64,000 nt of DNA, taken from the NCBI GenBank assembly GCA_008632985.1, contig QPGO01000131.1, forward strand, positions 1 through 64,000, given 5' to 3'. The translations under genes and the position numbers were made by a program. The stretch comes from Psammoneis japonica (lineage: Eukaryota). Below the pieces are notes generated by a model, which saw nothing but the letters and a program-made list of their open reading frames with translations, had not been told where the DNA came from and did no database searches. Shown here piece after piece: positions 37,567 through 48,958 of this stretch (position 1 is its first letter; every line of letters begins with the position of its first letter).

Positions 37567-38331
37567 ATGATGGTTCGAAGAACTGCAGCAGTGTTGCTGG
37601 CAAACACTCTCCGCCGTACCGTTGAATGGAATCGTTCGGTGGCCAAGGTTCATTCTAGGCTAAACAACGTGTCGCAATTCGTTCTACCCGAATTACCGTC
37701 GGTAATTACGCCCGACTTGGAGGAGCAGTTCTTTGATGCTACAGCCACGCCAGAACGACGAATTCAAACAATTGCAATAGGTCTGTACGAGAATCATAGA
37801 ATTCTACAAGAGAGAATACAAGAGGTAGCGGCCAATGTCGACACGGTACTCATGGTTGGAGGCAATACCAGAAATCACATTTCAATTTACGAAGCCATTC
37901 AGATCGCTCGTGACACTACGCAATCAAATATATGGTGCGTGTCGAATGCAAACAGATACGAGGATACTGAACGACTGTACAAAAAGATCAATGCTGGTGC
38001 AATGGGAGTCATTACACAGCCGCTCTTTTCACTCGACTCGTGGTCGACATTTGAGCAGCACTATTCTGAAATGGACGCCACTATTGTTGTGGGCATGGCA
38101 TTTCCCAAATCAATCAAGTCCATCTTGTTTTGGCTTGATTTATTGGATCAGCCCGAGCTACAGGACGATGCTCTTGTCAAGGAGCATTTGGACTACGTCG
38201 GCAAAGGAAAGTCCTCCTTGGACTGGGTTCAGCGAGAGGTCGACCGGGTGTTGGAGACACGTCGGGCCGATGGTATCCACTACATGGCTTTGGACAATAC
38301 ATCGGACCTGCTCTCCATATTGAAACTCTAA
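37567..38331 (+). CDS. MTHFR-like FAD-linked oxidoreductase fold protein
   Basis: ERLYKKINAGAMGVITQPLF matches the MTHFR motif KxxAGAxxxITQxxF; C-terminal DGIHYMAL. Confidence 0.65.
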   Translation: MMVRRTAAVLLANTLRRTVEWNRSVAKVHSRLNNVSQFVLPELPSVITPDLEEQFFDATATPERRIQTIAIGLYENHRILQERIQEVAANVDTVLMVGGNTRNHISIYEAIQIARDTTQSNIWCVSNANRYEDTERLYKKINAGAMGVITQPLFSLDSWSTFEQHYSEMDATIVVGMAFPKSIKSILFWLDLLDQPELQDDALVKEHLDYVGKGKSSLDWVQREVDRVLETRRADGIHYMALDNTSDLLSILKL

Positions 38332-38789
38332 GGCTTCTGCTGTTACTGGGTGCCATTTGGACATCAAAGATGTTGAAAGATACCAATGCAGTACAATCGG
38401 AATAGGAACGGTACTCAAGCGCTATGTGACGAACATCTCCATTTTGATAGAAAAAGGCTATCCCGAGTATGCCACAGTCCTTGCGTTTGATGTCACGATT
38501 GAGCTCGAGGCCCGAGAACATGCCAATGACATGAGCGTCCGAATTTTCACCGCCAACATTATCTACAACTTGTTTGATCAATTCACCTTTTTTATGGAAG
38601 AACTAGCGGATCGCAGACGGGAAGAGGCAACAGCGTAAGTGGCAACCACGTGCTATGTTGCGTACGAGTAGTTGCAGGTCTGTACTTGATCGACTCACGC
38701 TTGATTTGTCTTCTTTTGCCTCTAATAATGTCACTGTAACAAGATTCTGCTTCACCACATTTTCAACAGAAAGGATCCAATCGTTTTCG

Positions 38790-39110
38790 GTGTGAAGCTA
38801 CGGAAGGTGTTCTCAATGTCGGTACTGCATTGTGTATCCTAGCCTTGGGAGGACTACACGGTGGAAAGTGACCTCCATTGAGAGCAACGGAAAGGAGCAA
38901 GAGACCGCTCACAAGGGATCGTCCGTGTCCATTATAATTGTCAATGAAGAACTCCCAATATTCAAAACGGTCGTCCATTCGATTCGTCTCACAGCCTCTA
39001 CTCGACCCTGACGCGTGCATCAATCGACGCGCTCAAGGCCAGCTTCAAAGACAAGCTCGAGAATTTTGATTGGAGACTTGTTGATCAGCTGAAGATTGTA
39101 TTCGACACTA
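38790..39110 (+). pseudogene. eIF5B C-terminal fragment, copy 1
   Basis: Decodes with frameshifts as ...LGGLHGGKVTSIESNGKEQETAHKGSSVSIIIVNEE...GRPFDSSHSLYSTLTRASIDALKASFKDKLENFDWRLVDQLK. Confidence 0.75.
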
Positions 39111-40214
39111 TATCTAGCCAGGTGATTCTTCACCTCAGAGAGAGGATAAACCGAGCTTGGTACAGTCAGACAAATAGCGTCACGAATTCCGAATCTTTCG
39201 TTCAACTGCCTGGTATTGCCAAGGCCAAGTCGTTTTCGTGCGTTGTCAACACATATCCGTCTCGAGCCTTTCGAGATTGGTATGGTTTTGTCATATGACT
39301 ACAATGGTTGCAGTAGACTATCTGGAGGTACCATGGAGCCCTTTCCCGGTGAAATTCTTTTAAAATTGGGTGATGAACTCGTTAGAGCTGTAAATTGGAG
39401 TGACTGATGCGGCGGAAGATGAAGACGAGTGTTGTGGGATTCTAGGAGCTGTGGAAGCCTGCCTGGGACTATCAACTGTCCATCTGCGCATTCGTGTAGC
39501 ACCGCTCAGGATAAAGGAATGTAAAATGGGCCCTCCATTGACATCAACGTGTCCTCAGTGTCCTCGGATTCTGCAATTGCCTGGAATTGCCACGTGAGTT
39601 AATATTCATGTCTGTATTGTCTGTCCGCATTGACGCCCCTGGCTTCTCTGCTTGGTCTTGATTCTTTGGACCACTCACTACCGTATTATTCATTTCTTGT
39701 AAAGAAATATGATAAGCTGCACTTTAATCCAATCTCAGATTAGAGCAGTCACAAGACATGGCTCAAGAGTCTAACTCGATCCCAAAAAAGAGTGAATCAT
39801 GCCGATGGGTGTCCTCAGAGGCAGCCTCCAAGCGGATGGAAGTGACGCTTCCTTGCATCTCTGACTCGATAGGTTAAGAGACACGTACTTAAAGCGTGCA
39901 GACGTCAGGAATAGCACTCTAGTAAGGGAGAACTATGGGAGATGTTGTGGGCTGGCTACCAGAATCGAATGGCTCTGAAGAAAAGGAGAGAAAGGGTTTG
40001 TGATGGGTTGTCACGGGCAGGCCGCTACACGTACCGGTGCACCATGGGGTGGTTGTCGTTTAGTTTTGAATGACCTTCGCTGGAGGCTTCGTGAGATCAC
40101 TTTGACTTTGGATGGCTTCTACTCGTATCCCCAGTACTGAATGACCTCACAACTTTGACTGTACGATTTCAGTCATCAGGGTTCATCCTAGAAAATGGTT
40201 TGCTATCTATAGAT

Positions 40215-40535
40215 AAGCGTGGAAGTCGAGAGATGGTGCTGGAATGTGTCTCCCAGCCTTGGGAGGACTACTACACGTTGGAAAAGTGACCTCCGTTGAG
40301 AGCAACAGCAAGGAGCAAGAGACCGCTCGCAAGGGTTCGTCCGTGGCCATCATGATTGTCAATGATGAATTGCCAATAGTCAATACTGTCGTACATTCGA
40401 TTCGTCTCACGGCCTCGACTCTACCCTGACGCGTTCATAAGTTAACACGCTCAAGGCCAACTTCTAAGACAAGCTCGAGAATGTTGATCGGGGACTTGCT
40501 GTTCAGCTGAAAAAGGTATTCAACATTATCTACAA
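40215..40535 (+). pseudogene. eIF5B C-terminal fragment, copy 2
   Basis: CLPALGGLLHVGKVTSVESNSKEQETARKGSSVAIMIVNDE...TLKANF*DKLENVDRGLAVQLKKVFNII; clear nucleotide similarity to 38790-39110. Confidence 0.75.
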
Positions 40536-41525
40536 TAGCCAGTGGAGCATGAACGGAGTTTGGTACCGCCACATCAGTAAACTTACAAATTTTGAATCTT
40601 TTTCGTTAATCTCTTGAGAGTATTCTAGCTAGCTACTTCAGAATAGCTAGCTACTTCAATATTGGAATTCTTCTGTTGCTCCGCCAGTTCGGCAGAACAT
40701 TTGTAACTCACTAAGAACAAGTGAACACGACGAATCAATAAAAAACATGCAGGCGATACCAGCGCCGAAAGAATCCAGCACATATCGTCTTGGGGCATAC
40801 CGTAAGGAATACTCCAATCCCATCTGAAAAAAGAGAGCGGTAGGTGTGGTAAAAAAATAGAAATGACAACATCAAAGTACGCAACAACAACGCAAGCGCT
40901 ACGACCGTCATCGTAGTCCATTGACGTACGCACGGAATGAATAACAGGCCAATAAAGATTGCTATATTGCACTTTTAGTATTTCTACTTCTATTGTAAAG
41001 TTTCAAAACGTGTTTCAAAAATTTGAAACACACCAATGTCAAAAGTTGTTAGAAATCGGTCGCGTAGGAGTAATGATGCCTCAAGAGCGCCATCAAAAGA
41101 TAGAGCTCAAGCTTTTACGTATCTTCAGGGTGAAACATCACCCCAAAAAAAGAAAAAGTGGGGACGTAATATGGAGACAACAAGAAAACTTGCAAGTCAA
41201 CCGCTTGCTAAGCCATTTCACTCCCTACGAGTGAAGGCTTACCGTGTTACCGTGTCACCGGTACGGCGAAACCCCGATTCAGCGTTCCATCAACGGTATG
41301 ATCTGCTCGGCGAGCTCTTGCTGCTTTGCAGACGAACACTTGCTGTCTCTTTCAACAGCCGTGGTCTTGACTGACCAAGTGAACGGGCAACTTCCTACGC
41401 TCAAACGCACGAGAGTGACATGGACTCAAGGCCGGAGAGACGCATTCGATTTGCCCCGACCTCCGGACTTAACTGGCAACACCTGCGCTACCATTTGAGA
41501 CAACACGCCATCAAGCTAAATGAGT

Positions 41526-41790
41526 TGTGGAATGCCAAACGAGAGCAAGGTCTCTATTATCCAGAGGAAGGGCGAGCCATCCTTGGCGATTCCGGCATTC
41601 AAGCTTGGCAAACAACAAACACATCGTGCGAGACGACGAGTTGAAAAGAGAGACAACACTTCGCGCAAGCAAAACATGCTGTGGAACACCAAACAAGAGA
41701 AAGCAATTAGAACCAGAGGAAGGGCGAGCCATCCTTGGGTATCGCTGCATTCCGGCTTGGCGAACAACAAACACATCGTGCGAGACGACA
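41526..41790. repeat. Tandem duplication, period about 153 bp
   Basis: ccagaggaagggcgagccatccttgg and aacaacaaacacatcgtgcgagacgac each occur twice (about 41561/41714 and about 41612/41763). Confidence 0.9.
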
Positions 41791-44700
41791 GTTGTGATCG
41801 AAACGAGCGCGAAAGGTCAAAAAGCGTGAGAGTTTTTGTTTGTGTCGTGACCGTTGCTAAATTTCTCAATCACTATCATTTTTGTGTATCCGTGTAGAAT
41901 TCCTACCATGATTTTGTATGTAAAAGATTCGTGGGAACTCGGTACTTTCCAAATTATTACTAATTCTTACGTACGCTTTACGGTAACCGTGGAAAACGCA
42001 AAAAAATGTCGCCAAGGTGACGTCTTCGTTGTCGAGGTCCGAGCTCAAACATCATGCCACAAACACGGCATTCAGCATGACGATGACAAAGCTCCGGATT
42101 GAGATCATCACAGATCACAGTAGTCGACAGGATTCGTTGGCGTGTCGTTTGTGTCAATTGATATTATATTCCAAACGAAGAAAGTGAAAAGGAACCTTTT
42201 CCGTGGTACGCGTTGAGCGTCACAGAAAAGCATTTGATTGCAGCAAAGTATGCGAATGCTTTGCTCTGACGCATGCTTCTACTTTTACCTGTTTTTAATC
42301 ATACCTCCAACCCATCCACTCGTATTGGTTCGTGTACCATGTCGGGTATCGAGTTCCCGGTATTCACTTTTCGGGGAGCATTTCCGCGAAATTTATCAAT
42401 TCGCTTTCTCAACCTTACCTCTGGCCAAGTGCATTTCGTCGACACTTGGAATGATTGCATAACAAGTCCTACTCCAAAAAATCAAAAAGAACTCGCGGTT
42501 TTTCGAATTCAAGTCATCTTGTTGATTTTGCTCGTGATACTCCGTTGCTGTGGGCCTCGTACGTACTCAATCCAGTCGTCCTGGGTCGGTACCTTAACAA
42601 TGGTCTGGCGCTGGATTTGCTGGACTATTATGGAAATGCCAACAACAATACGACTACTGACTGTCCAAACCGTGAATGCTTTTCCATGGCATCAATGGAG
42701 ATTGGTGAAATCCAATTGGGAGGACTCGATACACAGTCCAAAGTCGAATTGATGAGTAATGTGGGAGGTATCTACTACAATTTAAAATGAGGAGCTCAAC
42801 GTGTCGGCGAATGCCAGCCTTGCAGTCAAGTCGATTCCTTGTTGGAAATGTTGGTGCAGACATTAACCGCACTCTATTCATGGATATCATGTCGTCCATT
42901 ATTTCTGCCGTGCAAGATTACAACGACTCTGGTTTGGACTGCCTACTGAAGCCTCTCGAGACTTTGGCCTTGTCCAACACTATGACAGAGCTAAGCTTGT
43001 TGAGTCTGGAGCTCATGCCAGCACGTCAAGAGTGGAATCATCTTCACTAACCAGTGATTCAATCGAGGGCGATGGAGATATGTCCGTCAGCAATGCGTTG
43101 TCTCTCTACACGGCAGAATACGGCCAGGAAAATCGAGGTAGGAAAACCGTGCGGTAGTGAATTTGTTCGAGAGGATGACTGTCGTCTCTCACGTTTTGCG
43201 ACATTTTCTTTTCGGTTACCTGAATCGTCACGTTGATGACAGCGGTCAGCATTCAAGACTGGAAGTATCTGGCATCGTATGAAGGCGACGAGAACTGTAA
43301 AGAAGGCGACTACCAGTACGTGCATTTGACTGGGAATGTTGCGGGTTCTGGGGCATGGTATGTGCTGAAAAAATTAGGGGCAGGTTTGGGTGATTGCCTC
43401 AGTGCTGTGACAGGGGCTCTGGGACAAGGTGTGGAAGATGCAACAGACAGAGTAGGAGCTAAAGCATTGGCGCTTAAGTCGGTAAGTCGTTTGACGCGCC
43501 TCGATGTTCATGATTAGTCGATTAATAATACCTCACACTTCTAACCTTGTCGTTTCTGTAGTTGGAACAGTTAAACCCAGAAGGAACAGTTAAGCCCAGT
43601 ATCACCGAAGTGAGTACTGTGAAGCTCTAGAGACATCAAAAAACTTGGCGTCTCGAGGAGGCAGCCCGACGACTGCAGAAAGACACGATGAAGTCCATTG
43701 GCGTCATCTCGATTCCCTGCCTCGAGACGTGCAACGCCACAAGGCTTTTTTGGAAACCTATCTAGTCGTCCAAGATTTAAAGATAATGCCGCACCAATGA
43801 ACAAGGTAGCTAAGAAACTCAGCAACTCTCCCAGTTCCGACATTGAAGAACAGGTTTGCCCTCTCCGAAGGAAAGTATGGCCAGCACAACGGATGAAGGC
43901 AAAGACTCCGCAGAGGTTTAGATCGCTCAGGGTCGTAGTCCATGATCGTTACTCAGAAGCCAGATGATCCCCAAAAGTAAGAACGCAATATGGAATTGCA
44001 ACAATTCAGTCATTTGATCCAATTTTTGACATGTATGAGGTAGCACTCGACTGGCGGCTTTGTACAGAAAGGACTTTGAACTAGGAAGTGGATATCCAAA
44101 ACTACAAGGAGTCCATCAAAGTGTTAATCAAGGGTGAAGGCTTTTGACTTCTGTTGTCACAGGACTCATGGGCAGAGCTTTTTTTGGTCGGGAGATCCAG
44201 CCAGAAGCTGCGTATCATATTTTCGTCTTTCTTGCCACTCAATTCTTACGATTCCGAAGAAGCTCCTCATAGGACCGCACGCAAATCAGCCGGCAGCCGC
44301 TCCAATTTCTGAAATTTTCCGGAGCAAAATTCAAATTGTCTGCGTCATTTGGAATGCATCCTGGTGAGACGTCAGAATTAGTAGAGTCGGATGGCGGGCA
44401 TGAATCATAATCTCAAGCGTCCAGCCAATGGGCAAGAGACTGTCCGCCAAATCGAATCGCTCCTAAATAGTGGGGAAAGAAGCTTCAGCATTGAAAGAGA
44501 GGCACACTCTACGGTAGCTATGATGTGCTCTCCTGTAGTTTTCTGAGGGCTGCATAACGCCGTGACTTTGCAGTATGCTGTTGAGAATTCGTCGTGTTCA
44601 AAAATCGATTCCACTCTCTTTCCCACGAACACCTACGTACCATACACCAGGGAAGCGTTTATTGCGAGAGAGCTGTGTCCCAGTGGTCGCTGGAGAAAAT

Positions 44701-44929
44701 CAGTTGACGTTCCTCGATTCAGAAAATAAAAAAACACAAGCATCATCTTATACAATTCAAGGAACGCGAGACGAGATTGATGTGAACAGCGGAGGGTGCG
44801 ATAGACGACCACACACTGCGCTAATAGGAGCATACGGTGCATGCAGTCGCATTAAAAATAGCTGCGAGCAGTCGTGCAGAATGTCACGGTGAAGGAAAGT
44901 GACATTGTAAAGCCCATGCCATTGCATCA

Positions 44930-46197
44930 CTGTGCGGTAAATGTGTTAACATTCATGCTAAATTGAAAGCCTGAAAGCATTATAGAACTGCAAATGATCT
45001 GTGCCAATGATCTGATCTTTCTTTACCCTGTCACCCTTTGGACAAAAGGATGCCATCATTCATCTTGTTCTGCTCACCCTGGATTTGCATCCCATCATTT
45101 CATGCCCTTGTGCACAGCAAACATGCTCATGGAGCCGAGACGTGTTTTGTGTAGATTTTGACCTGAGCAGTGACACATTGACAGCTCATGATCTGTGGCA
45201 CTCATCCAAGATGCCACGCAAGCAAGATGTGGCAATTGCTGAACAGCTCAACAGGGAAGCAAATGGAATTTGGTGACCTCAGCCCTCCAGAGTGTGGCTT
45301 TGGACCAACCACAAGGCTTCTGCAGTGGCTCCCCTGCAAGACTGAGAAAGACACAAGCAAAGTCCGTCAACGTCAGAATTTTTGGCCTGAGAAGGTGTGC
45401 AACAAACCACAGGGAACAAGCACCATGTTGCACTTTGTGGCATTCTTTGCTTCAATGCATTCACAATGTGCACATCAACAGTGTGCTGTTTGAGCAATTG
45501 CTCCCCCACAGATGCTGCTGATCATCTCTCAAAAGCAGCGCCAGCTTCGTCTGTGACACCGCTGGCCTCTGGTCTCATGCAGCACACCTCAGTCAAAGCA
45601 GCACACTGTCTTTTGCAGCTCTGATCTGAGTGGCTTGTTCTCCAATGCTTCAGGCGGTGACTGCACAAAAGGAACAAGCACACACTGTGCAAAAGGGGGT
45701 GGGGGAACAAGCAGAGACCAAGCAAAATTTGAGCCCAAATGGGGTGTGCATAAATTCAGCATGGCCCGACAGCACCCAGCACAAAGAGGCAGAGAGTTGC
45801 ACAAGTTAACAACATCCAGGTGCAAGCAATGATGGCCAGCACTTCACCAGCCACAAAACTTTTGTCTTGTTTCCTTTCCATTGAGATCTCGTCGTTGGGT
45901 GCACCTGCTTGCAGTGGTTTCTTCTTGCACAGCATTTTTTGTTCTTGTTGCTTTCCTTGTCCAGAGAACAGTCCATCATGAACACAAGAGATTGCTGTTT
46001 GAAACAACATGAGGTGCTTGCCGTTGTCCATTCCTCATTTCGCTGATGAAAAAGGGGTTGATGCAAATGGCGACATCCAAGTGTGCACCAGCCCTGAACA
46101 GGAAATGCAAGGCACCACAGAGCACCCAGCAAAAAGCTTCCAATTTTCAATTATCTTGAATTCAAGCATGCTAGCTGTGGATCGTTTCACTGCACAG
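44930..46197. mobile_element. TpA-depleted island, possibly a decayed TIR element inserted at TA
   Basis: Left ca|CTGTGCGGTAAA...catgctaaattgaa vs right reverse complement ta|CTGTGCAGTGAA...catgcttgaattcaa; interior almost TA- and CG-free. Confidence 0.45.
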
Positions 46198-46408
46198 TAG
46201 ATGAGAGAAGCCATGTACAATTGGGACCATGTGAAATGGGGGACGCAGCTGGCGATCATGACCACTGCGTAGCCGCGCGCGCGCACACCTCGCTCTGTCG
46301 CTCGCTCGAATTACAGTACAGTAATTAACGGTATTCGCAGAGAGAGAATCCCAGAAATCCGTTGGAATTTCGCGAACCCGCAACAAAAACTTGAAAACTC
46401 AAAGCACC

Positions 46409-46873
46409 ATGGCGTCGGCAACCGGAAAGAGCATTGCGACTACCGCCACATCATCACCACCCAGGGTTTCAAAGACTGAATTTGCTTTCAAGGAAGAGCG
46501 CGTAAGGAATGAATTTGTAGAGGACTTGCTGGAGCAAATGGTATGTTTGCAGACTGACTCGTTGTTGTCTCATGGTCGAAACGGTATGTTGAGAAAGTTC
46601 TCTCAAACCGGAAACCGACAGTGAAGCAGATACCATTATACTGAAGTTCACGTCAAGTGAGGAAGCATGTTCCCTTTCGTTTTCTCAAAATATGTCTTTG
46701 TTATTCCTGACATGTAGCAATCAAAGTTTACCAAGCTAGGAGATTCTCTCATTGGCCGGATGGATGAAATGGGGAACCGCATGGACGAGCTGGAACAAAG
46801 CATTGCTGCACTTATGGACGAGGTTGGACTTGAACCACCCAAGGGAAGCCGCACGACAAGCGACGAGGTATAA
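46409..46873 (+). CDS. HSBP1: Heat shock factor binding protein 1; intron 46541-46717
   Basis: Spliced product ...NEFVEDLLEQM|QSKFTKLGDSLIGRMDEMGNRMDELEQSIAALMDEVG... is the HSBP1 coiled-coil signature; GT-AG intron keeps the frame. Confidence 0.92.
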
Positions 46874-47656
46874 AGAGACAGCTAGAAGGGGGATAAGTTG
46901 GTTTTTGAATCGAGTTCAAGTGGGGTGTTCATATTATTTGTTCTGTTGGGGATTAATTGGGACTGGCAAGAAAGCAGAGAAAGATATAATTGTGGTGTAT
47001 TCCTACTGTAGACGTGGGAGTGGCTGCTTCTTTTAGGATTGATATATTTCAGACGTGCGCCCTACTAGAGTGTTGTTGTAGTTGTGCCGACATACAACTA
47101 CTGTAGGGTCGAACGCATCCCAAAGGACAGCGGGTGAAGCTTGGGTCAGCTTACGTTCACATGCAAGAGCCCCAGGACCCAGGACGACTCTTAATCAGCA
47201 TTTACTTTCATGGAGCGTGCTTTTGTATGAATAAGAGACCATAGGAAATGGTTTTCGATGGAACACGGTTCCAAGAGCTTCTGGCAGCCGGGCAATAGAG
47301 AGTTCTCGGCAGTCACTTCCCCTTCCAAGTGGCTCTTTGTCAAGGACTGAAAGAATTCAGTGAATTTAGTATCCTGCCGAATGACCGAAAAGCCCGTTCC
47401 AGTTTCCAGTGCGACCCCAGAGCTAGTTGCATACGACCAAACTAAACAATACAACCACTTGCCACTGTCGGATGAAAAGCATATACTTATTATATGTATG
47501 AACAAAAACGCAGAAGTCGAATGATGAAGAGAGGCGACTTCGGCAACCTCGATACACCTTCAAATTCAATACTGAAACCCCAGAATGAAACCCAACACAC
47601 GTACCCAAAAGTATGCATCTATTCATACGCAAAACCCAACCCTACCATAATCCAGT

Positions 47657-48469
47657 TTAGACTTCTGCGACGTCTGAAGTCGCGCCATCTGTTGTTTCCT
47701 TGGCTGCTGGCTTTGCCGTCGTGTCCGCTGAAGGTGCGGTAGCCTTGGCAGGCACAGCCGCTACATTGCATTCAAGGTAGCTTTGCTGAAACGGCTGATT
47801 CAGCATACCGCTCGCCAGATTCTGATTTAACATACCGCCACCGGGATTCATCATGGTGGGCACCGATGCAGCTGCCGAGGATGTTGGCATTTGGTTTGCT
47901 GCCAGTTCCTTGTTTTGAAGCATTTGCAGGTACATGCTACTCATGGCTCGTTCTTGCTCCATACGAAGCAAGAGTTGTTGCTGCAACAGCGAATTCTGCG
48001 ACATTCCCATGAGTCCTGGATAAAGCTGTGATAATGAAGGTGGCATCATGGCCATGGAGGATGGATCCTGGAGTGACGGAAGCATCATCGCTGGAGCCGT
48101 TTGACGACGTTGCTGTTTTGTTTTACCCGAGTCACAGGTCATTCTGACACACTTCGCTGGGTCGTCCCGAAGAAAATGCGGGTGGTAATAAGCTCCCATT
48201 TCAGGACCTCGTGCTGTCACCCTTTCAAATCCCCACCTATTCAACTTTCGCGTAAAGGACGTAAACTTTGCCTGCTTAAAGTACTTGGGCATGACTTGAC
48301 TCGAAAACTTCTTTCGGTTAAAGATGAGAAAGCCCTTTCCGTCTGGCAACCACGCCACACAATCGGAGTTCTCTTCATCGTTGAGGACCTCCATCAATTT
48401 TTGCGGAAATGTCATGGCAACATCGTCATGACGAACTTTCGTCTTGGTAGTATCGTCCTCTTTTGGCAT
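47657..48469 (-). CDS. Heat shock transcription factor (HSF DNA-binding domain, Q/M-rich tail)
   Basis: FPQKLMEVL...AWLPDGKGFLIFNRKKF...MPKYFKQAKFTSFTRKLNRWGF...YYHPHFLRD. Confidence 0.92.
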   Translation of the reverse strand: MPKEDDTTKTKVRHDDVAMTFPQKLMEVLNDEENSDCVAWLPDGKGFLIFNRKKFSSQVMPKYFKQAKFTSFTRKLNRWGFERVTARGPEMGAYYHPHFLRDDPAKCVRMTCDSGKTKQQRRQTAPAMMLPSLQDPSSMAMMPPSLSQLYPGLMGMSQNSLLQQQLLLRMEQERAMSSMYLQMLQNKELAANQMPTSSAAASVPTMMNPGGGMLNQNLASGMLNQPFQQSYLECNVAAVPAKATAPSADTTAKPAAKETTDGATSDVAEV

Positions 48470-48958
48470 GCTTGTCGTCGTTCTGCTGAGGCTGTGCAAG
48501 GACTTCTTCGGTAGGGCCCTATGTTGAAAACAATTGTGTCGCTATTCTGTGTGTGACACGAGGAGACACACACAGAAAGCGTCGGAGAAATAAACCCTGC
48601 TTTCGCTGTGAATGAAGTGCGAACGCAAGTGCGAACATGCCGAATTGAAAATAATCAGATTTTAATATTTAATGGTGACGGTAGTTTTTAACGGTCAATG
48701 TCACAGAATTGCTTTGTCATCCGATGGAGCCACGTAGAATCTACAAAGCTTCATAGTATAGAAATATGCCCTATACGTCTTGAATAATTTCAATTCAAGT
48801 TGCTGACGTGGTGCAAAAGGGAGGTACGGTCGACATACAGACATTGGTCGCGCCAAAATCAAACGGCCAAAAAAATCGACGCGCAGACGATGCATCAAAG
48901 CCTATCCCGTCCCATCAGTTCAGCGACAGCAACAAGAACAGGGGCAAACAGCAGCACC

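Noticed and set aside
42300..43970. Coding-like fragments on the + strand
   Set aside because: Probably a decayed gene, but no family could be recognised, so no call was made.
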